Of a stretch of 64,000 nt of DNA, positions 26,416 to 35,852 are shown one piece after another. Position 1 is the first letter of the stretch, and every line of letters begins with the position of its first letter. The stretch covers positions 1 to 64,000 of IMG/VR virus record IMGVR_UViG_3300032257_000008. One strand, written 5' to 3'. The notes under the pieces were generated by a model that saw only the letters and a program-made list of their open reading frames with translations, was not told the origin of the DNA and did no database searches. A program made the position numbers and the translations under genes. Source of the stretch: a virus (lineage: Duplodnaviria; Caudoviricetes).

Positions 26416-26727
26416 ATGTATAAAAAGACTAAATTACATCCTGATACCGGTTATAAAAATGGTGAAGATGAAACAGGTGAGTACAGACTTCCCCCAGACT
26501 ACCAGGCCCACATTGATAAGCCCACTTCAAAATACTACCCCATCCTACAACCTGCTATTCGTTGGTTTAAACGAGTATTGAAACTGAAATCTAAAATAAT
26601 TTTTGGTATAATATTCGTCCTTTTTACATATAACTTTTACTATCACACGGAATTCGGTGGGACCAAAGACACCGTGATAACCTTTGTTAAAGACCCTGTG
26701 AGCAACGAATATGTCAGAAAAAACTAA
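26416..26727 (+). CDS. Membrane protein
   Basis: Single TM IIFGIIFVLFTYNFYY, GGGGA RBS. Confidence 0.65.
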   Translation: MYKKTKLHPDTGYKNGEDETGEYRLPPDYQAHIDKPTSKYYPILQPAIRWFKRVLKLKSKIIFGIIFVLFTYNFYYHTEFGGTKDTVITFVKDPVSNEYVRKN

Positions 26728-26852
26728 ACACCATCCAATGATTTACTTCTTATATAAACACCCACCACCTAATTTTGTAATAAATTGGAATAGTGGACTC
26801 CGTGAGTATCGTTAGTTATGCTATACCTTTACAACATAGTAAGGTAAATATC

Positions 26853-27005
26853 ATGGCCAATGATAAAGACAAAAAGAAGAAAAAACCTAAGAAACCACCT
26901 GTTGGTATATTAGGTACTGGTATGGCTGATAAAGCCGGTAAAAAACTAGGTAATCGTAGAAATAAGCTTGAAGAAGCTATGCGACGACAAGGAATCAAGT
27001 ATTAA
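26853..27005 (+). CDS. Small highly basic protein (50 aa)
   Basis: AAGG RBS, MANDKDKKKKKPKKPPVGILGTGMADKAG... Confidence 0.65.
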   Translation: MANDKDKKKKKPKKPPVGILGTGMADKAGKKLGNRRNKLEEAMRRQGIKY

Positions 27006-27141
27006 AGAAACAACAAAAGTTTGTCCTAAATGCGGTAGTCGTATCCTTGCTCACTTCACCTCAATGAATAAAAAACAATGTTATGACTGCCGTATTTGGA
27101 TTCCCTGGTACTTAGATAAAAACCAGAAACCGTTACATTAA
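26968..27141 (+). CDS. Small Zn-ribbon protein, not in ORF track (start uncertain)
   Basis: ...KVCPKCGSRILAHFTSMNKKQCYDCRIWIPWYLDKNQKPLH*, possible TTG start. Confidence 0.55.
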   Translation: MKKLCDDKESSIKETTKVCPKCGSRILAHFTSMNKKQCYDCRIWIPWYLDKNQKPLH

Positions 27142-27145
27142 TAAT

Positions 27146-27167
27146 AGAGCCCATCCGGGCTCTTTTT
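27146..27167 (+). terminator. Terminator-like hairpin with ATCC loop
   Basis: AGAGCCC-ATCC-GGGCTCT-TTTT. Confidence 0.7.
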
Positions 27168-27186
27168 CGTTTCAATGGAGAATAAA

Positions 27187-27342
27187 ATGATTTGGTTAGC
27201 CATAGCATTAATTATCTGTGTCTATATTATCTGTGATACATGGACCTTTTCTAAAGGTATTGATACTCCATTATTTAGTTACAAAACACCTAAAGAATTA
27301 GAACTTCAACAAACAATTTTAGACAACTTAAAAAGGCACTAA
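27187..27342 (+). CDS. 51-aa membrane protein, not in ORF track
   Basis: GGAG RBS, MIWLAIALIICVYIICDTWTFSKG... Confidence 0.7.
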   Translation: MIWLAIALIICVYIICDTWTFSKGIDTPLFSYKTPKELELQQTILDNLKRH

Positions 27343-27344
27343 TA

Positions 27345-28370
27345 ATGAGTAATCAAGTAAATATCCCAACAGCAATTACATACCTTCAAGATGTATTACA
27401 AGCCGGCTTAGTACCTAATTTACTGGGTAGCCCGGGCGTAGGTAAAAGTGACATAGTACGTCAGGTAGCTGAGCACTACGACCTTAAAGTTATTGATTAT
27501 CGTTTAGCACAATCTGATCCAACAGATCTAAACGGTTTCCCTACACTTAATGAAGATCGTTCACGTTCTCATTATGCTCCACCATCAACTTTTCCTTTAG
27601 CTGGTGATGAAGTACCTGCAGGATATAAAGGCTGGTTAATTTTCTTTGATGAAATGAACTCAGCACCTAAATCAGTGCAAGCAGCAGCTTATAAAGTTGT
27701 ACTTGACCGTATGATTGGTGAGCATGACATCCATGAAAAAGTTGCAATGGTATGTGCTGGTAATCTGGAATCAGATAAAGCAATTGTTACTCGCCTATCA
27801 ACAGCTATGCAATCACGTATGGTTCACATCAACTTAATGGTTGATTCAGAGTCTTGGTTAGACTGGGCAGCACAACATGACATCGACTACCGCATTAAAG
27901 CTTATATTAACTATCGCCCAGAAATTTTACATAAGTTTGATCCTAATCACGATGGCGACACATTTCCTTGTCCTCGTACCTGGCACTTTATGTCTAAGCT
28001 TATTAAGGACTGGGCTTCGGTTGACTACAATAAGTTACCGCTACTGGCAGGTACAATTGGAGAAGGTCCTGCACTAGAATTCCAAAGCTTTACAGATATT
28101 TTTAACGATCTACCTTCAATTGAAGACATCATTAAAAATCCACTTACTGTTAAGTTAAGTGAAGAACCAAGTAATCGTTATGCGGTTTCTTCTTTAGTTG
28201 CTAATCGTGCTACTGATAAAAACATTGAACCACTAATGGAATTCACTAAGCGTTTACCAATTGAATTCCAGGTAATCACTCTACAAAATATTATTAAGGG
28301 TGATAAAGCAATGATGAAGCAGGCAGCTATTCAAGATTGGATTGCAGTTAATGCTAAAGAACTTGTATAG
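27345..28370 (+). CDS. MoxR-type AAA+ ATPase (N4 gp24-like)
   Basis: GSPGVGKS Walker A, LIFFDEMNSA Walker B, CAGN, AMQSRMVH, PCPRTW. Confidence 0.92.
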   Translation: MSNQVNIPTAITYLQDVLQAGLVPNLLGSPGVGKSDIVRQVAEHYDLKVIDYRLAQSDPTDLNGFPTLNEDRSRSHYAPPSTFPLAGDEVPAGYKGWLIFFDEMNSAPKSVQAAAYKVVLDRMIGEHDIHEKVAMVCAGNLESDKAIVTRLSTAMQSRMVHINLMVDSESWLDWAAQHDIDYRIKAYINYRPEILHKFDPNHDGDTFPCPRTWHFMSKLIKDWASVDYNKLPLLAGTIGEGPALEFQSFTDIFNDLPSIEDIIKNPLTVKLSEEPSNRYAVSSLVANRATDKNIEPLMEFTKRLPIEFQVITLQNIIKGDKAMMKQAAIQDWIAVNAKELV

Positions 28371-28377
28371 GTGAGTT

Positions 28378-29253
28378 ATGATTACCACTACTTCATTTAA
28401 AGAATTACTTGCTACATATAATAAAAAAGGTACATATATTGATACAGGTTTTGATCCTGTAACTTTACTTCGTTATGTTAAGCGTATCGAAAAAGTGAAA
28501 TTTGATAAAGGTAACGGTAATATATATAACGCTGGAGTTGTTATACAACATTTTGAAAATACAAATATTAGTATAACTGCTTCAATGCCTAGATTAGTAG
28601 ATACTTGGAAGCCTTCAATTGTTCCTGGTTTAGTATTACATGGTACTAGTTTCTTTAAAGGTATGTTACTTAAAGATCAAGATGGTAAAAGAGTACCTGT
28701 AGCAAATTTACCTGAAGGTGCATTTATTGAGTATAACAATAAATTTATGCAACTACCTGTAAATAATACTCATGTATTATTAAACTCTGATGCTACTTTA
28801 GAAGATTTAATTACTGAGTTTCCACAGACTGCTTTAGCTATTCCTGATCGTAAAGCTAGAAAAGTTTCTCGCAATAAAATTACTGAGCAAATTAGCACTA
28901 TTAAAGCAGAAACTTTAATTGGTGCTTTTGACTTGAACCAGTTAGCAGTGGAAGTAAAACAATACCATAGGTGTTATAACGCAAAAGATTTTATTGCTGA
29001 AGGTTTAGATTTATCTTTAGCAGTGAATTCTGTATTAGGGCGTTTAGCTATTGCTTATTATGAGAAATTTTTAACATATAACCAGTTACGTAATATATCT
29101 GAACAGTGCCCTGAAATTTCAAATATAAATGCAAGTACAATTACATGGCTAGTAGAAAGATTCGCTAACATATTATGTGAAAGAATGGTGGGTATAGAAA
29201 CTCAACCAAAATATATCGACTACTTTACAGCAGAAGATAAACCAGAAAAATAA
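28378..29253 (+). CDS. Hypothetical protein between MoxR and VWA genes
   Basis: 291 aa, no motif recognised. Confidence 0.75.
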   Translation: MITTTSFKELLATYNKKGTYIDTGFDPVTLLRYVKRIEKVKFDKGNGNIYNAGVVIQHFENTNISITASMPRLVDTWKPSIVPGLVLHGTSFFKGMLLKDQDGKRVPVANLPEGAFIEYNNKFMQLPVNNTHVLLNSDATLEDLITEFPQTALAIPDRKARKVSRNKITEQISTIKAETLIGAFDLNQLAVEVKQYHRCYNAKDFIAEGLDLSLAVNSVLGRLAIAYYEKFLTYNQLRNISEQCPEISNINASTITWLVERFANILCERMVGIETQPKYIDYFTAEDKPEK

Positions 29254-29262
29254 GGTGTTACC

Positions 29263-30411
29263 ATGAATGATAAACCAATTGATCATCAAAAGCTTTTAGA
29301 TAAATGTAAAATTGCTTTAATGATGAAAGGCTCTGTATTTTTAGCTACTGTAGCTTTTAGTATGAAGCATAAATTTTATGATGGTATCCCAACTGCAGAT
29401 ACTAATGGTTTAGAAGTTCGTTATAACCCGCAATTCTTTGAAGATTTAACTGAAGAAGAACGTGTAGGTTTGATCGCACATGAAGCATGGCATGTTGCTT
29501 TACAACATATGTTTCGTGAAGATGGTAAGGATCATGAAGTATGGAATAAAGCTGGCGATTATGTAATTAACCAATTACTGCATGATGCTAGTTATGATCT
29601 GCCTTCAGGTGGTCTACAAGATAATCAATTCCGTGATTGGAGTACTAATCAGGTTTATGATTATCTTATGGAACAAGATGAGCAAAAAAATTCTGGTAAT
29701 GGTGACTTCTTTTGTGATGTACGTGAACCACCTAAAGGTGGTGATGGTGAAACAGATAAAGAAGCTGCAGAAAAACTTAAAAATACTGTTAAAGGTATTT
29801 TAGTTAAAGCTACTAACCAATCAAAAATGCAAGGTGAACAAGCTGGTAATATACCTGCTGAAATTCTTCGTGAATTAGATAAATTAATTAATCCAATTCT
29901 ACCTTGGGAAACATTACTTGATAGATTCCTAAGTGATCATTGTAAAGATGATTATTCCTGGGCTCGACCAAATAAACGTTTCATGCCTGATATGATTATG
30001 CCATCTCAGTTCTCCGAATCACTTGGTTCAATAACAATTGCTATTGATACTTCTGGTTCAATCACTGATGATGATATGTCTAAAATTTTAAGTGAAATTA
30101 CTTCAATTAAAGAACGTTTTAATCCAAAAGAATTAATTATTCTTGATTGTGATTACGATATACATAGTGAGTATGTTGTAACTGAAGATATGCAAATCTG
30201 TGATTTACAATTTAGAGGTGGTGGTGGTACATCATTCCAACCTGTAATTGATTATTGTAATAAACAGAAACCTCAGGCACTACTTTACTTCACTGACCTA
30301 TATGCTTCAGTTCCTGAAAATGTAGGTGAATATCCAATACTCTGGTTATGTTACTCAGAGCATGAGCCAATGCCTATTGGTGATACTATTTACTATAAAA
30401 GTAAGGAGTAA
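29263..30411 (+). CDS. Metallopeptidase-VWA protein (N4 gp25-like)
   Basis: LIAHEAWHVALQH (HExxH), WNKAGDYVIN, AIDTSGSI (MIDAS), GGGGTSF, YFTDLY. Confidence 0.9.
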   Translation: MNDKPIDHQKLLDKCKIALMMKGSVFLATVAFSMKHKFYDGIPTADTNGLEVRYNPQFFEDLTEEERVGLIAHEAWHVALQHMFREDGKDHEVWNKAGDYVINQLLHDASYDLPSGGLQDNQFRDWSTNQVYDYLMEQDEQKNSGNGDFFCDVREPPKGGDGETDKEAAEKLKNTVKGILVKATNQSKMQGEQAGNIPAEILRELDKLINPILPWETLLDRFLSDHCKDDYSWARPNKRFMPDMIMPSQFSESLGSITIAIDTSGSITDDDMSKILSEITSIKERFNPKELIILDCDYDIHSEYVVTEDMQICDLQFRGGGGTSFQPVIDYCNKQKPQALLYFTDLYASVPENVGEYPILWLCYSEHEPMPIGDTIYYKSKE

Positions 30412-30414
30412 TTT

Positions 30415-30774
30415 ATGAGCACTGGCGCAGGGCAACCTACACAAGATCCTCGAGAGTTGATTGAGCAAAAACGTAGGGATGCTTTAGCTAAGTTAACTGA
30501 TGATGATAGAGCTGCTTTATTTAATACTGAAGACGGTTATATGATTATTGAGTTAACTTGGGGTAGTAAGGCTTTAGTACCATTTGAAGATGGTATTAAA
30601 ATGTTAGAGATCCTTGGAAAAGCACAAACTATTAGTAATGATGGTAATAGAGATTATCCTATTATTACTCCACTGAATTTCGATTCTCAATTCAATTTAG
30701 TAAGTAAGGAACTTTATACTGAATATAAAATGAATGAATTATTAGGACTACATAAACCAGATGCCACAGAATAA
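30415..30774 (+). CDS. Hypothetical protein
   Basis: AAGGAG RBS. Confidence 0.75.
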   Translation: MSTGAGQPTQDPRELIEQKRRDALAKLTDDDRAALFNTEDGYMIIELTWGSKALVPFEDGIKMLEILGKAQTISNDGNRDYPIITPLNFDSQFNLVSKELYTEYKMNELLGLHKPDATE

Positions 30775-30946
30775 AGATAGTGATATTGAAGAAAATATAC
30801 TTATCAAACTTCTAGCTCAAAAACCTAATAAAGAAGACTGTTACACTTGTGAACATTATATTCGAGTAGTTAATAAAGGATTTATATGTAATAACGAATC
30901 TCCTAATGAATTTAACTGTATTATAGTGTGGGAATATAAAAGGTAA
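30761..30946 (+). CDS. Small Cys-rich protein
   Basis: CYTC...C...C. Confidence 0.5.
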   Translation: MPQNKDSDIEENILIKLLAQKPNKEDCYTCEHYIRVVNKGFICNNESPNEFNCIIVWEYKR

Positions 30947-30950
30947 AATT

Positions 30951-31532
30951 ATGAATAACGGTAATCTATCCATACAATATCCTCATGATTATAAATTAAG
31001 AATTAAAAACTATTTAGTATCTAAAATTTATAATCAAGCTGAAATAATATTTGAAGCTCAAATAAATGAATTAATTTTTGCTAATGCAAAAGAAATAGAT
31101 GAATTTGCTGCATTACAAGATGGATTTACTAGTTATGTTAATTACGAAGGCACTAACTATTTTTCAAAACCAATAAAGTATAAGGGTACTTCTGGTCGTC
31201 TTGTAGATATAAAAACACATCAATGTACTAATAACACTCTACTTCCTGAATTTGAAGTTAAACTTAAAAAATTATTACAAGAACGTAGTGAAATAGCTGA
31301 AGAGAAATTAAAGGTTACTAATTACATTCAAAATGTCTTAAATGAAATCAGTACTCTCGCAGATATATATTTATTATTCCCAACATCTGTACATCGGTAT
31401 TTACCACCTAAAGATGATTCTAAAGCTACGTTAATTCCATATAGAGTTAAGTATGTTCAGACTCTCTACGATCACTACCAATCTGTACTTAGTGAGCGTA
31501 TACTAACCAACCTTTTATTTACAGAGAAATAA
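30951..31532 (+). CDS. Hypothetical protein
   Basis: 193 aa, AAGG RBS. Confidence 0.7.
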   Translation: MNNGNLSIQYPHDYKLRIKNYLVSKIYNQAEIIFEAQINELIFANAKEIDEFAALQDGFTSYVNYEGTNYFSKPIKYKGTSGRLVDIKTHQCTNNTLLPEFEVKLKKLLQERSEIAEEKLKVTNYIQNVLNEISTLADIYLLFPTSVHRYLPPKDDSKATLIPYRVKYVQTLYDHYQSVLSERILTNLLFTEK

Positions 31533-31534
31533 TA

Positions 31535-32161
31535 ATGGCTACAAAAATTGATAAGAAGATAGTGGGTTATAAGGTATTAGAAAAAGCTGAACCACAAATA
31601 ATTGATAAAGGTCCTGAACCAACTAAACCTTTAAAACGTCCTGAAATACTTAATGGTCATACTGTTAAAATTGCTAATCATGCAGAAAACTACAATCTGT
31701 ATATGACAGTAAATTACCATGAAAATAAACCATTTGAATTATTTTTTGATTCATCTCACACAGAATCTACCCAATGGGTTAAAGGCTTAAGTCGTATAGC
31801 CTCTGCTTTACTTCGTTCACCAGATGAAAATCTCAATATGGATTACCTATCTAAGCAATTAATGATGGTCCATTCAGATCAAGGTTATCACACAGGTGGT
31901 AAGGGCGGTTATGTGCCAGGTATTGTTCACCATATTGGTAAAACTCTACGTGATCTTAAACAACCACAACTTCAACCTTTAGTTGATGAGCTGGATAAAA
32001 TTGAAGAAACTATTGAAGAAACTATTGAAGAAGAAATAGCAACACTTAAAGACCCAGCTCCCGGACAATGCCCTGACTGTCACAACTTTACCTTAGTTGT
32101 AAACGATGGTTGTAAACGTTGTAAAGATAAGAATTGTGGTTATATAGGGGAATGTGGATAG
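31535..32161 (+). CDS. nrdJb: NrdJb-like (TSCPD-domain) class II ribonucleotide reductase small subunit
   Basis: MATKIDKKIVGYKV, KRPEILNGHTVKI, LYMTVN, KPFELF, QWVKGLSRIASALLR, GGKGGYVPGIV, CPDC...DGCKRC and terminal ECG follow the recalled NrdJb pattern. Confidence 0.78.
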   Translation: MATKIDKKIVGYKVLEKAEPQIIDKGPEPTKPLKRPEILNGHTVKIANHAENYNLYMTVNYHENKPFELFFDSSHTESTQWVKGLSRIASALLRSPDENLNMDYLSKQLMMVHSDQGYHTGGKGGYVPGIVHHIGKTLRDLKQPQLQPLVDELDKIEETIEETIEEEIATLKDPAPGQCPDCHNFTLVVNDGCKRCKDKNCGYIGECG

Positions 32162-32187
32162 TCATTAATGAAATTAAGGGGTAATAC

Positions 32188-32715
32188 ATGCAACAATTAT
32201 ACAGACACTTTAATTCCAAAGATGAATTGATGTATATAGGGATTTCCTTGAGTACTGTAGCAAGGTTAAGCCAGCATAAAGAACATTCACATTGGTTTAG
32301 TGATATTACCAAAGTTACTATAGAAAAATATGAAACCCGTGAAGAAGTATTACTAGCTGAAAAGCAAGCTATACAAACAGAAAAACCCCTATATAACATT
32401 AAACACAATAAACCTAAAAAAGAAAAAAAGCTTTCTTCTTTCGAAGAGGCAGAAATTTCACGTAAAAGGTTAACAAATAATATAGTAAATTTTCAACCTG
32501 TGTATTCAGTTCAACATGTCGCAAATATATTATATATATCTACTAATAAAGTTAAAACTTTAATGGATAAAGGTCTTTTGGGTAATTTTGAATCTAAAAA
32601 ATCTTGGTCTGATCGATGGGGAAAATATATGATTACTCGATGTGTAACAGGATGGCAAATGATAGATTTTATTGAAAATCTAGAAAAAGGTATAGTAAAT
32701 TTAACTGATCTGTAA
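32188..32715 (+). CDS. GIY-YIG domain protein with C-terminal HTH
   Basis: LYRHF...LMYIGIS...RLSQH, AEKQAI..EKPLYN, then VYSVQHVANILYISTNKV. Confidence 0.8.
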   Translation: MQQLYRHFNSKDELMYIGISLSTVARLSQHKEHSHWFSDITKVTIEKYETREEVLLAEKQAIQTEKPLYNIKHNKPKKEKKLSSFEEAEISRKRLTNNIVNFQPVYSVQHVANILYISTNKVKTLMDKGLLGNFESKKSWSDRWGKYMITRCVTGWQMIDFIENLEKGIVNLTDL

Positions 32716-32726
32716 AGGTAAGCAGT

Positions 32727-34301
32727 GTGAAACATATTATATTTGATAAGCCAAGTACGCCTACGGGCCAAAGAACTGCATATAAAGTGGCTATCTTAAT
32801 AAAAGATAATGCTTTTAATCAATCAGATCTGCAACGTTATTATGTTAACCCTATTGCTGCTACTAACTTAATAATGCAACAACCGGATTTAACTTTAAAT
32901 AATATTATTGCTTTTAATCTTAAATATAATGAACATGGTAAAGCACCAGTTAAATTAATTAAATCTCATTTAACAACTGTTCTTCAAGGACTTCAAACTA
33001 TTGGAGTAAAAACAGTATTAGTTGCTGATGTTGCATACTTTAAAACTTTAACTAAGTTACGTAAAGCAGAACCACATTATGGTTATGTAAAACCATGCAT
33101 GTTTCCAGGTGGTGAAGGTATTGATGTAGTATTGGTACCTAACTATAAACAATTATTTTATAACCCAGCTCTTCAAGATAAAGTTGATATGGGTATTAAT
33201 ACATTGTGTAACCATGTTAATGGTACTCATGTTGATCTTGGGCAAGGCATAATCCACAGTGCTCAATATCCAAAAACATTAAATGATATTGAAGTAGCAT
33301 TAAATAGTTTACATCAGTATCCAGCACTGACATGTGATATAGAAACTTTTAGTTTAGAGTTTCATAAAGCAGGTGTAGGTACTTGTGCATTTGCATGGGA
33401 CCAGCACAATGGTATTGCATTCCCAGTAGATCGTAAAGATGCTGCTAATGTTCCACTATTACGTGGTATCTTTAATGAAGAAGTTAAAAAGTTATTAAGA
33501 AAGTTCTTTGAGACTTATGAAGGTAAGTTAATTTACCATAATGGTAACTTCGACATAAAGATTCTTATCTATGAATTATTTATGGATGGTTTGCTAGATA
33601 TACCAGGGTTAATACATGGATTAGATGTTATGTATCGTCTTATAGATGACACTAAACTGATAACTTATCTTGCTACTAACTCTACTGCAGGTAATAACTT
33701 AAGCTTAAAGCATAATGCATTTGAATTTGCTGGTAATTACGCACAAGACGACATTGAAGATATTAATCTGATACCTTTACCTGAGTTATTGGAATATAAC
33801 TTAGTAGATTGTCTATCTACCTGGTACGTACACAATAAAAATTATCCTATTATGGTTCAGGATGATCAATTAGAAATTTACAATACTATTATGATTCCAA
33901 GTATGAGAGTAATAACTCATATGGAATTAATTGGTATGCCAATGGATAAAGCACAGATCATAACTACTGAGAAGGAACTACAAGCTATTCTTCAGGAGAA
34001 TTATGATTTCTTAGCAGCTAGTCCATTAATAAAAGAACTTGAGTGGAAATTACAATTAGCAGAAATGATATCTGCTAATGCAAAACTCAAACAAAAAGTA
34101 CGTCCAATTACGGATTTTAAAACTAAGTACAATCCAGCATCTGTTAAGCAGACTCAAGAACTAGTTTATAAAACCATTGGTGCAGACATTATTGATACAA
34201 CCGATACAGGACAACCTGCTACCGGTGCTAAAACTCTCAAGAAAATATTAAATAAATTAATTAATGAATACAACATAACCGAGGAAGAATTAAATGGCTA
34301 A
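32727..34301 (+). CDS. Family A DNA polymerase, N-terminal part (N-domain, 3'-5' exonuclease, start of thumb)
   Basis: CDIET (ExoI), YHNGNFD (ExoII), YNLVD (ExoIII), GMPMD, YNPASVKQ, TDTGQPATG. Confidence 0.9.
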   Translation: MKHIIFDKPSTPTGQRTAYKVAILIKDNAFNQSDLQRYYVNPIAATNLIMQQPDLTLNNIIAFNLKYNEHGKAPVKLIKSHLTTVLQGLQTIGVKTVLVADVAYFKTLTKLRKAEPHYGYVKPCMFPGGEGIDVVLVPNYKQLFYNPALQDKVDMGINTLCNHVNGTHVDLGQGIIHSAQYPKTLNDIEVALNSLHQYPALTCDIETFSLEFHKAGVGTCAFAWDQHNGIAFPVDRKDAANVPLLRGIFNEEVKKLLRKFFETYEGKLIYHNGNFDIKILIYELFMDGLLDIPGLIHGLDVMYRLIDDTKLITYLATNSTAGNNLSLKHNAFEFAGNYAQDDIEDINLIPLPELLEYNLVDCLSTWYVHNKNYPIMVQDDQLEIYNTIMIPSMRVITHMELIGMPMDKAQIITTEKELQAILQENYDFLAASPLIKELEWKLQLAEMISANAKLKQKVRPITDFKTKYNPASVKQTQELVYKTIGADIIDTTDTGQPATGAKTLKKILNKLINEYNITEEELNG

Positions 34302-34746
34302 AATGAATAAAGAACAGCGCATATTGGTATCAAAACTTATCTGTGAAGCTGCAATAAAAAACCTTACTAAAAAATTCGGTAAAACACTAAAAGAATTTAA
34401 AGCTGAGATTGTTTTATCTCGTAACTGGCACCAGGATAGTGCTAATTTAAGTCTTAAATTTGATGATGATACACTCCTTACAACTAAAAAAGTTAAAGCT
34501 ATGTTATCTAAAGCTTACCGAGATGGTGAATACACTGTTAAGCTGAATCCAGTAGGCAAATTAGAAGCAGTATTTAATAAGTCAGTTATAAATAGAAAGA
34601 ACTGGCTTATTAAACCTGTATCAGACCTACGTACTGCTGTACGTGAATTCAATTTAAAGTTAGAAAATGACTTTATGCTACAAACATCTTTTGCTGGTAT
34701 TGAAGATGTGCAAGATTTTATTAAGACCTTCGCTAAAAATATTTAA
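34294..34746 (+). CDS. Hypothetical protein inserted between polymerase halves
   Basis: 150 aa, own GAGGA RBS, no nuclease motif seen. Confidence 0.75.
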   Translation: MAKMNKEQRILVSKLICEAAIKNLTKKFGKTLKEFKAEIVLSRNWHQDSANLSLKFDDDTLLTTKKVKAMLSKAYRDGEYTVKLNPVGKLEAVFNKSVINRKNWLIKPVSDLRTAVREFNLKLENDFMLQTSFAGIEDVQDFIKTFAKNI

Positions 34747-34754
34747 GGTTTACT

Positions 34755-35852
34755 ATGAAAAGAGAAGAAGCTATTGAACAAGCGAAGGTACTCCAGGCAT
34801 TAATTAATATTGCTAAAGTAAGTATCATCTTAAATACATTCATTAAGCCGTTCCAAGAACGGGCTGTTAAAAAAGATAATGGATATATTTATCTTCATGG
34901 TAACTTCAACTTAGGTGGAACTGTTTCGGGTAGACTCAGTTCTTCTAAACCTAATATGCAAAATATACCTAGTAGCTCAAAATACGCCAAGTTAATTAAA
35001 AAGTGTTTTGTAGCTCCACCAGGGTGGATAATGGTTGGTGCTGACTTTGCTTCATTAGAAGACCGAATATCAGCACTTACTACTAAAGATCCTAACAAAT
35101 TAAAAGTTTATACTGATGGTTATGATGGCCACTGTCTACGTGCATACTCCTATTTTGGAGGGCAAATGCCGGACATTCAAGATACAGTTTCCAGTATCAA
35201 CTCAATCTCCACTAAATATAAGCATTTACGTCAAAAATCTAAAGAACCTACGTTCTTGCTTACATACGGTGGTACTTATAAAGGCTTAATGAATAATGTT
35301 GGTTTATCCCAGGATGAAGCATTAAGTATTGAAGCTAATTATCATGAGCTGTATCACGTATCTGATGCCTGGGTACAGGACAAGATAGAGACAGCTTCAA
35401 AAGTAGGTTACACAACCGTAGCATTCGGTCTGAGAGTCCGTACACCGATCTTAGGTCAAACTATCATTGGTAAGAAAAGTACTCCCTACGAGGCACAGGC
35501 TGAAGGCAGGACTATGGGTAATGCTCATGGTCAGAGTTACGGAATGCTGAATAACCGGGCTGCTATTGAATTCAATGAACGCTTAATGGCTTCTGAGTTT
35601 AAATATGATGTCCTCCCCATGTCCCATATACATGATGCACAGTATTTTCTGATCCGAGAGGACCTGAAAGTAATGAAATGGTTTAATGATAACCTGGTTG
35701 AATGTATGGAATGGCAGGATTTACCTGATATTAAGCATCCCACAGTGAAGCTGGGAGGCGAAGTAGACGTTTTCTACCCTACTTGGGCCGATAGCACTAC
35801 TATTCCTAATAAATCCACTGAGGACGAAATACAGGAGCTATTCAATGCGTAA
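34755..35852 (+). CDS. Family A DNA polymerase, C-terminal catalytic part
   Basis: GTVSGRLSSSKPNMQNIP, DFASLEDR (motif A), RQKSKEPTFLLTYGG (motif B), HIHDA (motif C). Confidence 0.92.
   Translation: MKREEAIEQAKVLQALINIAKVSIILNTFIKPFQERAVKKDNGYIYLHGNFNLGGTVSGRLSSSKPNMQNIPSSSKYAKLIKKCFVAPPGWIMVGADFASLEDRISALTTKDPNKLKVYTDGYDGHCLRAYSYFGGQMPDIQDTVSSINSISTKYKHLRQKSKEPTFLLTYGGTYKGLMNNVGLSQDEALSIEANYHELYHVSDAWVQDKIETASKVGYTTVAFGLRVRTPILGQTIIGKKSTPYEAQAEGRTMGNAHGQSYGMLNNRAAIEFNERLMASEFKYDVLPMSHIHDAQYFLIREDLKVMKWFNDNLVECMEWQDLPDIKHPTVKLGGEVDVFYPTWADSTTIPNKSTEDEIQELFNA

Noticed and set aside
34294-34754. Self-splicing intron or intein joining the polymerase halves
   Set aside because: No non-coding flanks, no C/S...HN intein ends, and both halves have their own start and stop.
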